This document shows positions 52,224 to 60,614 of a DNA stretch of 64,000 nt, piece after piece. Below the pieces are notes generated by a model. The model saw only the letters and a list, made by a program, of their open reading frames with translations, made no database searches and had not been told where the DNA came from. The number at the start of each line of letters is the position of its first letter. Within the stretch, counting starts at the first letter, position 1. Source of the DNA: a virus; the IMG/VR virus record IMGVR_UViG_3300032046_005540, positions 32,001-96,000 of that record; one strand, 5' to 3'. A program made the translations under genes and the position numbers.

Positions 52224-52796
52224 TTAAAAGTTAGTATTACTTCTACTTACTTTCCTTTGAATTTCTCCAATTTCTATCTGTGTTTGAATTACTGTTATTT
52301 GACGAGAAATGTTTTTATTAGTAACATCTAAATTATCTAATTTCTCTCTACATATTTTTGTATGAGTTTTTGCTTCATTTAATGCTTTTTCAACAACAGA
52401 TTTAAAATTTCCTACTTCAGTTATTTTTTCTTCGGCTGCCGCTTGTCTTAAATTTTGATTTCCGAGATCTGTTATTTCTTTTTGTCTTAACTGAACTCTT
52501 AAATGTTTATCAAATAAAGATTGAACATCTTTAAATAATGAATCAAAGACATTTTCATTCTTTATAGCATTTAACAAAATGGTAGTGGTTCGACTCATAT
52601 AACTATCAACTTTTGCTATCTTTTCATTTAATCTTCCTACACCTACAGAACTAGGATCTGAATCTAATCCAACTTTAAAATTATCTAACTCTTCCTTTAC
52701 TTTGGAATAATCTAATAATTGCATATTTTCAAATTCTTCTTGAAGTTCTTCTAATTTTTTTTGCCAAGGAATATTTTCAACAGTAATCTCAAGCAT
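52224..52796 (-). CDS. Coiled-coil protein near recA
   Basis: ORF track; helical. Confidence 0.6.
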   Translation of the reverse strand: MLEITVENIPWQKKLEELQEEFENMQLLDYSKVKEELDNFKVGLDSDPSSVGVGRLNEKIAKVDSYMSRTTTILLNAIKNENVFDSLFKDVQSLFDKHLRVQLRQKEITDLGNQNLRQAAAEEKITEVGNFKSVVEKALNEAKTHTKICREKLDNLDVTNKNISRQITVIQTQIEIGEIQRKVSRSNTNF

Positions 52797-53193
52797 TTAC
52801 TTTCTCCTGTATTTTTTCTAAAGATTTTCTAAGCTCAACATCTTTCTCGGCAGTCACTTTAATATCCTGATTTGTCAAAGCCTTTGCGGCACGGAATAAA
52901 GCTGCACTTACACTTTTAAGCTTTTCTTTGTCTTCTTCCTTATCTAAATCCAATTCAATTTCAGCTTCTAAAATTGTCGGGGGAAAATCCCAAAAACTAT
53001 AACTATAAGAACTTGAAATTTTACGTCCAAATCCTTTTGTAATTTTGATAATCTTTAGAGCCATCGTTTCTCCTTTAATTCCACACTAAAAGTAGTAAAA
53101 GAAGCCATAAATACTTTGGATTTTGAAACATTATCGAAAGAAATATAACACCTGCAATAAGAACAATATTTGAAAAAGCCCTTGGCCAATTCA

Positions 53194-54249
53194 TTAAAAA
53201 TCCTCACTTTCTTTTTGTAACAAAACATTTCTTTTTTCCCAAACCTGATTATAAACCAAGTCATACATAACAGGATCTTTCAAAAGTTTTATAAAAGCTT
53301 CTTTACCATTTACAGAAACCTTCTCATCAGAAACAAGAGAATATTTATTTCCAATCCTCTTTATTACTCCCTTACCTAAACCTTCATCAAAAAGTAATTG
53401 TTCAAAATCAACTCCTTTTTCATAAAGAACTGGAAATTTACCACTTCTTCTTGGAGGAGCTAATTTATTTTTAACTACACATACATCAATACTATGACCT
53501 AGAAGGATTTCTCCTTTTTTAACATCTGATCCTGAAACTTTTTTAACTTTATATCTTTGTGCAGCATAAAACTTCAATATTTTACCCCCAGGAGTTCTTT
53601 CAGGATCTCCCCACATAACTCCTACAGCGTCTCTAACTTGATTTATAAAAATTAAACAAGTTTCAGTTTTACTTAATTCTGGAGCAATTTTCCTTAACCC
53701 TTTACCCATTATTCTTGCAAGTAATGCCATTTGTTGATCTTCCATAGCTCCTTCAATTTCTGCTTTCGGAACTAATCCTACAACGGAATCAATAACACAA
53801 TAAGCGTATAGACCACTACTAATAAAATCTAAAAGCATATCAAAAGCAGTTTCCGCACATAAATCCGCACCTGGTGCTTCAATCATATCAGTATCTATAT
53901 CATAAATTTCCATCCACTCTTTAGGTGTTCCAAATTCCAAATCAAAATAAGCCGAAGGTTTGTTATACTTTTTTTGAGCGTGGCCCATTGCTTGAAGAAC
54001 TAAAAGACTCTTACCACTACTTTCAGGACCAAAGATTTCAATCATATTTCCTTGAGGAAAACCTCCGATACCAGATGCAACATCTACAGTAATAATTCCT
54101 GTTGAATAAACACCTTTAGATTTTTCTTCACTTAAATCTCTCAAAGAACTTTTGTATTTACCCTCAATGTATTTTTTAAGTTCCTCCCTATCTGTAGGAA
54201 CTTCTTTATCTTTTTTCATTAAAATACTCTCCTTTTTTATGCTTCCCAC
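53194..54249 (-). CDS. recA: RecA recombinase
   Basis: GPESSGKS, VIDSV, ARIMGK, FINQ, PGG..LKFYA, KNK. Confidence 0.95.
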   Translation of the reverse strand: MGSIKKESILMKKDKEVPTDREELKKYIEGKYKSSLRDLSEEKSKGVYSTGIITVDVASGIGGFPQGNMIEIFGPESSGKSLLVLQAMGHAQKKYNKPSAYFDLEFGTPKEWMEIYDIDTDMIEAPGADLCAETAFDMLLDFISSGLYAYCVIDSVVGLVPKAEIEGAMEDQQMALLARIMGKGLRKIAPELSKTETCLIFINQVRDAVGVMWGDPERTPGGKILKFYAAQRYKVKKVSGSDVKKGEILLGHSIDVCVVKNKLAPPRRSGKFPVLYEKGVDFEQLLFDEGLGKGVIKRIGNKYSLVSDEKVSVNGKEAFIKLLKDPVMYDLVYNQVWEKRNVLLQKESEDF

Positions 54250-54430
54250 CTCTTACATCGCTCAGCAACTACTTCTCCTACTTTCAATCGATAGATCAAC
54301 TATATTTTTATCATTACCAAAAAATTCAGACATTTGAATAGTAGGATCATAAGCAGTCAACCACCCAATTCTATATCTTACAATACAACCTGCAGACTTT
54401 TTACAATTTTCACAATTCTTATTCATTTCT

Positions 54431-55225
54431 TCACTCCTTATTATATTCCTCCATAGTTTTTATATTTTTCAAAGCAAGTTGTAAGATTTCATCTGAAACT
54501 TGGACATTAAAATAATCTTCTGGTCTTTCTGGAACAACAAACTTTGCAGGTAATGTCTCTTTAATATCAATACCTTTAATAGCACATTTAAATGCTGTTG
54601 AAGAATCCACACTTCTAATAAATCCAAAAAGTTTTAAAAATTCAATCTCATGTGGATGACCTCCAATACCTAAACAATGAAAACTTTTACCAGAAGCAAG
54701 TAAATTGAAATGTTGATTAACATAACTTATAACCGTAGGTCTTAAAAGACTTTGAGGTAATTGCCAAAATTCAAAAGTTTTACCTATGGCTCCATACGAA
54801 AAACCTATAGTATCAATCTCTTTAACTTCTAACAATTTCGAAAAACATTCCATATATTCTCTTTCAGTCTTTCCTTGAGGAACTGCCATTAAACTTTTTG
54901 GACGATAACTCTTATTTTCCAAATCATTCAAAGCATCAACAACTCGTTTAATAGTAATTTCTCCATCCAAATAACAATCAGGTAAAACCATTTCAGAAGC
55001 ATGAACTAACTCAACTGCTTTAATAACTTCATCAAGAGGAGCAGCATTTCCATATTCAAATACACCATTATCCATAATGATAAAATCTCCTTTTAAACTT
55101 CTTTCAAGGTATGTTTCCTGATATTTTTTATTTTTTAAAACCTCTTGAGAAATTAACAAATGCATAGAAGAATTTTGATTACAAACTTCTATATAATCAG
55201 CTGGAACAATATGACAAATTTTCAT
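54431..55225 (-). CDS. TGT-fold (tRNA-guanine transglycosylase/DpdA-like) protein
   Basis: IMDNGVFE, LPD, AVPQG, HCLG, SVDSS align with TGT TIM-barrel motifs. Confidence 0.55.
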   Translation of the reverse strand: MKICHIVPADYIEVCNQNSSMHLLISQEVLKNKKYQETYLERSLKGDFIIMDNGVFEYGNAAPLDEVIKAVELVHASEMVLPDCYLDGEITIKRVVDALNDLENKSYRPKSLMAVPQGKTEREYMECFSKLLEVKEIDTIGFSYGAIGKTFEFWQLPQSLLRPTVISYVNQHFNLLASGKSFHCLGIGGHPHEIEFLKLFGFIRSVDSSTAFKCAIKGIDIKETLPAKFVVPERPEDYFNVQVSDEILQLALKNIKTMEEYNKE

Positions 55226-55239
55226 TTTATTTCTTTCTT

Positions 55240-55773
55240 TTATATCATTTTAGATAATTCACAAACTTTTTCAACTCTTCGTTGAATTTCTCCTGTTATT
55301 ATATAATACATATGATGATTATTAAAAGAATAAATTTCATTCAATAATTTTTTAATTTCTCTATCAACATCTTTTTGAAATTGAAAATCTTCATCTCTAA
55401 CACTATCTTTTTCCAAAGAAAACTCTATTGGAATATAAAACACGGCACCTGCAAATTGGTCTCTTTCTATTTGACATAATCTTTTCATAAGATTTATAAC
55501 GGGTTCAGGTAATTTATTACTTATAGCATAAGCAGTTTGTCTTATAATACTATCTACAGAAATAAAACTAGGTTTTCCACATACTTTTTGTAAATATCTT
55601 TGAACTGTTTCTATTTGACTAACAATATCACTTGTTTTATTTATTTGAAACCCTTCTTGCTTTGCTTCACGATGAATTCCATCTATAATTTCACAATAAG
55701 GAAATAACTTTTGAATTTCCTTTGCTAAAGTAGTTTTTCCTGTTCCGTGAGCACCTACTAATAAGATTTTCAT
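55240..55773 (-). CDS. P-loop nucleotide kinase (NadR/AAA_28-like)
   Basis: GAHGTGKTT; FYIPIEF..E.D.VR. Confidence 0.8.
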   Translation of the reverse strand: MKILLVGAHGTGKTTLAKEIQKLFPYCEIIDGIHREAKQEGFQINKTSDIVSQIETVQRYLQKVCGKPSFISVDSIIRQTAYAISNKLPEPVINLMKRLCQIERDQFAGAVFYIPIEFSLEKDSVRDEDFQFQKDVDREIKKLLNEIYSFNNHHMYYIITGEIQRRVEKVCELSKMI

Positions 55774-55791
55774 AATCTCTTCTCCTCCAAA

Positions 55792-56052
55792 TTAAGTATA
55801 ATAATGATCAAGGAAAGTATCCTCCTGAGGTTTTACATGTGAGACTTTCAAACAATATAAATGATACAGAGCATAACCAATCACATCGGGTATACGAAAT
55901 AAAAAACATAAAGCAAGTACAACAAAAGCAAAACCAAAAACTGGGTCACCCCATTGAAGATGAAACAAATACACAGGAATCACAAAAATTCCAATACAAA
56001 TAAATCCTCCAACAAATCCAAAAAACATTGTTAAAAAAGAATGGTCTTTCAT
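55792..56052 (-). CDS. Small membrane protein
   Basis: Two TM segments; start at MKDHSF avoids overlap with ndk. Confidence 0.55.
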   Translation of the reverse strand: MKDHSFLTMFFGFVGGFICIGIFVIPVYLFHLQWGDPVFGFAFVVLALCFLFRIPDVIGYALYHLYCLKVSHVKPQEDTFLDHYYT

Positions 56053-56053
56053 A

Positions 56054-56473
56054 TTATTTATCTCCAAACAATATTTTGAACTCTCTTTGAAAAGATTGTA
56101 ATGAATCTGAAACATGAACTGCATTTTTAGGTAGTTCCGTTCCAAACATTTGTCTAATAGTTCCAAATTTAGCTTTTTTAGGATCTGTATTTCCAACAAG
56201 TTCTCTTAAATGTAAAATAGTTTCTTCAAAATTCTTTTCTGGATGAGATACTATTAAAGTAACTACAGGATCTGAAGTTACAAACTTAAGGTTTCTTACA
56301 AAAAAATCTTTGCCTCTATGTTCATAATAAAGGTCCCTAGCCTGAGTTAATGTCAAAGTCCTAAATTTCATGTGATCAATCTTATAACCATTGTCCTCAA
56401 GAATGGTAATTATTTTTCCTACATTACCTGCTTGCACAGCATCAGGTTTTATTATTACCAAACAAAGGCCCAT
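56054..56473 (-). CDS. ndk: Nucleoside diphosphate kinase
   Basis: IIKPDAV, GNTDP..A..GTIR, NAVHVSDS. Confidence 0.95.
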   Translation of the reverse strand: MGLCLVIIKPDAVQAGNVGKIITILEDNGYKIDHMKFRTLTLTQARDLYYEHRGKDFFVRNLKFVTSDPVVTLIVSHPEKNFEETILHLRELVGNTDPKKAKFGTIRQMFGTELPKNAVHVSDSLQSFQREFKILFGDK

Positions 56474-56633
56474 TACAACTCCTTTTTTAAGTTACAAGTT
56501 CTTTATTTAATGTGTAAAGTCTTTTAAACGCTTCTTCTCGCAACTTTTCACAATGTAATCTTTGAGAATCCAATTCATCAATTTCATTGTATATTTTTTC
56601 TTTTCCAAGTTCAATTTCTTCTTTTCTATTCAT

Positions 56634-56966
56634 TTAATCCATCACCTTTTTTGCTTCCTCTGCAAAATGATCATATTCTATAACATTATCAATTGCATAA
56701 TCTCCAGTAGGAATTGTTATAGGATTGTGAGTGTTATGTTTTAAAGTAACTGGTTTTTCTACATGCAAAAACAAATTATCTTTTTCATCACAATACAAAT
56801 CAGACAACTCTTTCTCTACAATTTGATGGCAATGACCAGTTACTTCTCCTTCTGCCAAAATCCTATGATTTAAAGGTTTTAGGTTTGCAGGAAAAGTTTC
56901 AATTTTCCTAACAATTACATCTCCTTGTTGGAAAAATTCTCCAACATTAACTTTACTTCTCTTCAT
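56634..56966 (-). CDS. QGDV/GE.TGH.H cupin-like phage protein
   Basis: QQGDV, LAEGEVTGHCH, H..H..I.IP.G.Y. Confidence 0.7.
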   Translation of the reverse strand: MKRSKVNVGEFFQQGDVIVRKIETFPANLKPLNHRILAEGEVTGHCHQIVEKELSDLYCDEKDNLFLHVEKPVTLKHNTHNPITIPTGDYAIDNVIEYDHFAEEAKKVMD

Positions 56967-56982
56967 CTTACTTACCTCCTCT

Positions 56983-58137
56983 TTAAGTTAAAATTAAAGG
57001 TTTATTTTTTGTTTTATTTCTAAATTCTAATGCTTGTTCTACAGTAGTAATTTCTGGAGAAACTCCTTCCAAATGCCAAACCTTCTCAGAAGGATTAAAC
57101 ATTCTAAGATAGGGTCTAACTCTTTCATCTCCTAAATCAAGATTGTATAAACAATATCCTTCTGAACCTTTATCATCTAAAACTTTAGCTTTAAGTTCAA
57201 AAAGAATTTTTTCAATTCCTATCTTTCTAACTATTTCTCTTCTAACTTCTGTATTTTGTTCTTTAAGAAGAATATGGGAGTCTAATTTATCAGAGGGAGT
57301 TAAAACTATTTCTTTAGAAACTCTAACACCATTCAAAACATAAACTTCAAATTTAGGTTCTCCGGCATAAAGAATTGCTGGTCTATCTTCTGCATGAAGA
57401 ATTCCGTTCTTCATATAAATTTCTCTTGGGTGATCACAAATAATAGTAATATTTTCTAAAGGATAGAAAAATCCCCATTGAGTAGTTTTCATATATAAAC
57501 CAAACAATGGAGAAAATTCAATTCCAAGTTCTTTATTCATAAAATCATAAAATGCAAAATAACCTACAAAAAAATGACCATCAATATATGGGTAAACAAA
57601 ATCTTTAACCTGACTCCTAACCTGATTCCCAACCTGACTCCTAACCTGACTCCAAACCTGATTCTCAACCTGATTCCTAACCTGATTCTCAACCTGATTC
57701 CTAACCTGACTCCAAACCTGACTCCCAACCTGATTCTCAACCTGACTCCTAACCTGACTCCAAACCTGATTCCTAACCTGATTCTCAACCTGATTCTCAA
57801 CCTGATTCCTAACCTGATTCTCAACCTGACTCCAAACCTGATTCTCAACCTGATTCTCAACCTGATTCTCAACCTGATTCCCAACCTGACTCCTAACCTG
57901 ACTCCAAACCTGACTCCAAACCTGATAAAATAAAAGAACAGCTAACCAAGTAGATAAAGGATTATCCATATAAACTATAGGAGCAGGTTTATAACCAAGT
58001 ATCTTTTCTCTTATAAAATTTGGAGTTATTAAATCCTTTTCTACGGGGTCAGTAGAAAGTCCTATTTTTACCCATTTTTCTACATATTCAGGAAATTTAG
58101 ATATTTGTTCTTTAGTTAAAGAATTTATTTGTTTCAT
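56983..58137 (-). CDS. DUF6745-like protein with QVxx tetrapeptide repeat
   Basis: LHAEDRPAI.Y..Y.LNGV..N.EVRR..IG..PS..V. Confidence 0.7.
   Translation of the reverse strand: MKQINSLTKEQISKFPEYVEKWVKIGLSTDPVEKDLITPNFIREKILGYKPAPIVYMDNPLSTWLAVLLFYQVWSQVWSQVRSQVGNQVENQVENQVENQVWSQVENQVRNQVENQVENQVRNQVWSQVRSQVENQVGSQVWSQVRNQVENQVRNQVENQVWSQVRSQVGNQVRSQVKDFVYPYIDGHFFVGYFAFYDFMNKELGIEFSPLFGLYMKTTQWGFFYPLENITIICDHPREIYMKNGILHAEDRPAILYAGEPKFEVYVLNGVRVSKEIVLTPSDKLDSHILLKEQNTEVRREIVRKIGIEKILFELKAKVLDDKGSEGYCLYNLDLGDERVRPYLRMFNPSEKVWHLEGVSPEITTVEQALEFRNKTKNKPLILT
57601..57924 (-). repeat. 27 x 12-bp coding tandem repeat (CAGGTT + 6 variable nt; QV[WREG][SN])
   Basis: Counted directly in the DNA and the protein. 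Confidence 0.95.
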
Positions 58138-58166
58138 TATTGTTTCTCATATTTTATGTTCAATAT

Positions 58167-58198
58167 ATTATACACAAAAAGTAGAATGTAGGTGTAAA
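58167..58198 (-). promoter_or_regulatory. Promoter TTTACA-N20-TATAAT
   Basis: attatacac at 58167-58175; tgtaaa at 58193-58198. Confidence 0.65.
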
Positions 58199-58207
58199 CT
58201 AAAACTA

Positions 58208-58930
58208 TTACTTAACTATTTGAAATGTTCCCTTTCCAACCTTTTGGATTTTATATCCTTTCTTTTGCAATTGTTTAACCTTTTGGTAAACATTTTGATA
58301 ACTCTTTCCGGTCATTTTTGCAATTTTCGTTATAGGTGTTCCTTTTTCAAGTTCTTTAAGAATAACATAATTCTTTTGAACGTTTTCCGGAGCTTGTTCT
58401 TCCTCCTTAATATTTTTCAGTTCTTCAATATATTCAGGAGGTGCTTCTTCATTTGTTATAGCTATAGAAATTTTTGTAGATTTAATCAATCTGTTAATAA
58501 AATGATCTTCTGAAGGTAATGTTTGAAGGTCTGTTACTTCCAAAGGATAATCTGGAAGTAAATCTAACTCAGTTTGCCATGGTGTAAAAACAATAACCCG
58601 CAATACTTCCTCTTGACTCTTCATTTCCTTGATCTTTTTCTCAACAGCCTCTTTTTGAGAAGTATTCAAAGTAACTCCATCATAAACCATCTTAATACCA
58701 AATTGAACTGGACCTTGCCAATCATCAGGCACTTCAACACCATAACCTTTAACCATTTCAATCACAGTAGTTTTAATCTCCTCGGTATTATCCTTTATCA
58801 CCTTCCTTATTGCACGAACCGGATAAAACCCCCGTAAAGATCCAGCTTCTTTAGTATCTGCTTGTTTTCCACCTCTTGTCAAATAGATACTATTTATCTT
58901 TGCGTCTTTTGCTAAAATTTTTTCTGCCAT
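58208..58930 (-). CDS. Protein with C-terminal winged HTH
   Basis: ITKIAKMTGKSYQNVYQKVKQL..GY.I. Confidence 0.65.
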   Translation of the reverse strand: MAEKILAKDAKINSIYLTRGGKQADTKEAGSLRGFYPVRAIRKVIKDNTEEIKTTVIEMVKGYGVEVPDDWQGPVQFGIKMVYDGVTLNTSQKEAVEKKIKEMKSQEEVLRVIVFTPWQTELDLLPDYPLEVTDLQTLPSEDHFINRLIKSTKISIAITNEEAPPEYIEELKNIKEEEQAPENVQKNYVILKELEKGTPITKIAKMTGKSYQNVYQKVKQLQKKGYKIQKVGKGTFQIVK

Positions 58931-58959
58931 TTTAACACCTCCTAGTTTTACATTAATAT

Positions 58960-58968
58960 ATTATACAC
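58960..58968 (-). promoter_or_regulatory. Promoter -10 element GTGTATAAT
   Basis: Intergenic; upstream of AGGAGG and the ATG at 58930. Confidence 0.6.
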
Positions 58969-58990
58969 AAAATCTAGGAGAAAAGAGCCT

Positions 58991-60082
58991 TTAATTTTCA
59001 CTAACCTTACTTTGTTCCACCAACATTGATATCATTCTACCACCAATTGCTTGTAATTGAAGAGCCGTATCCCAAGGATATCTTTTACTTGAATCAGTTA
59101 TCCTATTATGTGAAGCATAAGCATTAACATCCGTAGGTTCTGCTTCTTTCAATGCTTCAACAAACAATTGCCTGTTATGAGCTCTCTTAAAAGAAACTAA
59201 ATGAAGAACTGCTTTTCTTCCATCTTCATTTTTATCAATAACAGAATCCGCCTGTTCTGGGCCTGCAACTCTACTTACCGCTTTCCAAACACTTTCAACT
59301 TGAAAATCTGTCAAATAAGTTTCGGGCATCTTATTATAAACTTCAGATACCTTATCAAAATTAACTTTCAAATTTTGAAGTTTATTCAAAAAATGGTCAA
59401 GGTCTTTTTCTATAGAAATCTTTCTGTTTGCATCTCTCCTAACTGATCCCCAATCATCAGTCAATGTGGCTCCGTTAACACAAGAAAGTCTATAAAGATA
59501 TAACTTACCTACAGCGTCTCTAAATCCTGTATCAGAATTAACCACTCTAAATCCTATCTTTGTAATATCTCCAACTTTTGGTTCTAAAGGTTTTATAGAA
59601 GGGTCTACAATATTAAGATCAAATCCCTTATAACATAATCTTATAGATTCTAAATCAACTGGTTTATCTTTAAACATTTTATCTAATCCATATAAAAGAG
59701 TTTCGTTAGAAAAAGGTTTGTAATTGCTCTTTACAATATTGATAATCTCATTTTCTGTTCCTACAAGAAGAGAAATCATATCTCCTCTTTTCTCTTCAAG
59801 TAATCGAGAAATATTCTTTAGAAGTAAATCGATAGGAATTTTGCGGGCAAATGGATCTGGAATACCTAAAAGTCTACACAAAGATTGTAAACTCCATTGA
59901 GTCATTTTTCTAGACTCACTTTCTACTGTTAAATTTGCACTTCCATTAAAAGAAACAACAACATTTCCTAAAGAAGTAGGATGAGCTTTTGTTCTAAATT
60001 CTTTAACCGTGCTAAAAGCTTCGTCCATAGTTTTTATACTAACATATTCCTTTTCTGGAGCAAAAGCTAATTCTTCATACAT
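58991..60082 (-). CDS. DUF932/DUF945-like protein
   Basis: NSDTG...YRLSCVNG. Confidence 0.7.
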   Translation of the reverse strand: MYEELAFAPEKEYVSIKTMDEAFSTVKEFRTKAHPTSLGNVVVSFNGSANLTVESESRKMTQWSLQSLCRLLGIPDPFARKIPIDLLLKNISRLLEEKRGDMISLLVGTENEIINIVKSNYKPFSNETLLYGLDKMFKDKPVDLESIRLCYKGFDLNIVDPSIKPLEPKVGDITKIGFRVVNSDTGFRDAVGKLYLYRLSCVNGATLTDDWGSVRRDANRKISIEKDLDHFLNKLQNLKVNFDKVSEVYNKMPETYLTDFQVESVWKAVSRVAGPEQADSVIDKNEDGRKAVLHLVSFKRAHNRQLFVEALKEAEPTDVNAYASHNRITDSSKRYPWDTALQLQAIGGRMISMLVEQSKVSEN

Positions 60083-60111
60083 TTTTTATCTCCTTTCAAC
60101 TATAATAATGT

Positions 60112-60540
60112 TTAATTTTCTTTTTCAAGATTTGAAAATTCTTGTTCTGCTTTTTCCCAATCTACTCCTACTTTTTTCAAAATACTTCGAAAATCTTCAA
60201 TATCATGACGTTTTAAACAATAAGTTCCATTATCTCGTTTTTTGATATGCATTAATTCATGAAACAAAAGAAGATTTCTTTTCCCAAGACCAGATTTATC
60301 ATATCCTTCTTTCCACACAATTATTACTAAAGGGAAAAACCCTAACACCTGAACATATTCTGGCACCAAACAAATTTTTGCCTGATAATGGGGAGGCGTT
60401 TCACTTATATTCCACACCAATCCTATATCTTTTATAGCTATTTCATCGAGTTCTTCTTTAAATTTGCTATTTAACAATTGCACCACTACCTCTTTTAATT
60501 CAGGTGCAGGAATATATTTTGCTAAAAATGTTTTTGTCAT
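60112..60540 (-). CDS. Putative phage metallopeptidase
   Basis: LLFHELMHI...HDIEDF. Confidence 0.8.
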   Translation of the reverse strand: MTKTFLAKYIPAPELKEVVVQLLNSKFKEELDEIAIKDIGLVWNISETPPHYQAKICLVPEYVQVLGFFPLVIIVWKEGYDKSGLGKRNLLLFHELMHIKKRDNGTYCLKRHDIEDFRSILKKVGVDWEKAEQEFSNLEKEN

Positions 60541-60614
60541 ATCTTTACCTCCTTAATTTTAATGTTCTCTTAAATATACAACTTCACTTTAAAACATCAA
60601 CTAAATATTTTCCA

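Noticed and set aside
57601-57924. CRISPR array
   Set aside because: Contiguous in-frame 12-bp units with no unique spacers; it is a coding repeat. The overlapping ORFs 57564..57884 and 57574..57933 are artefacts of the repeat.
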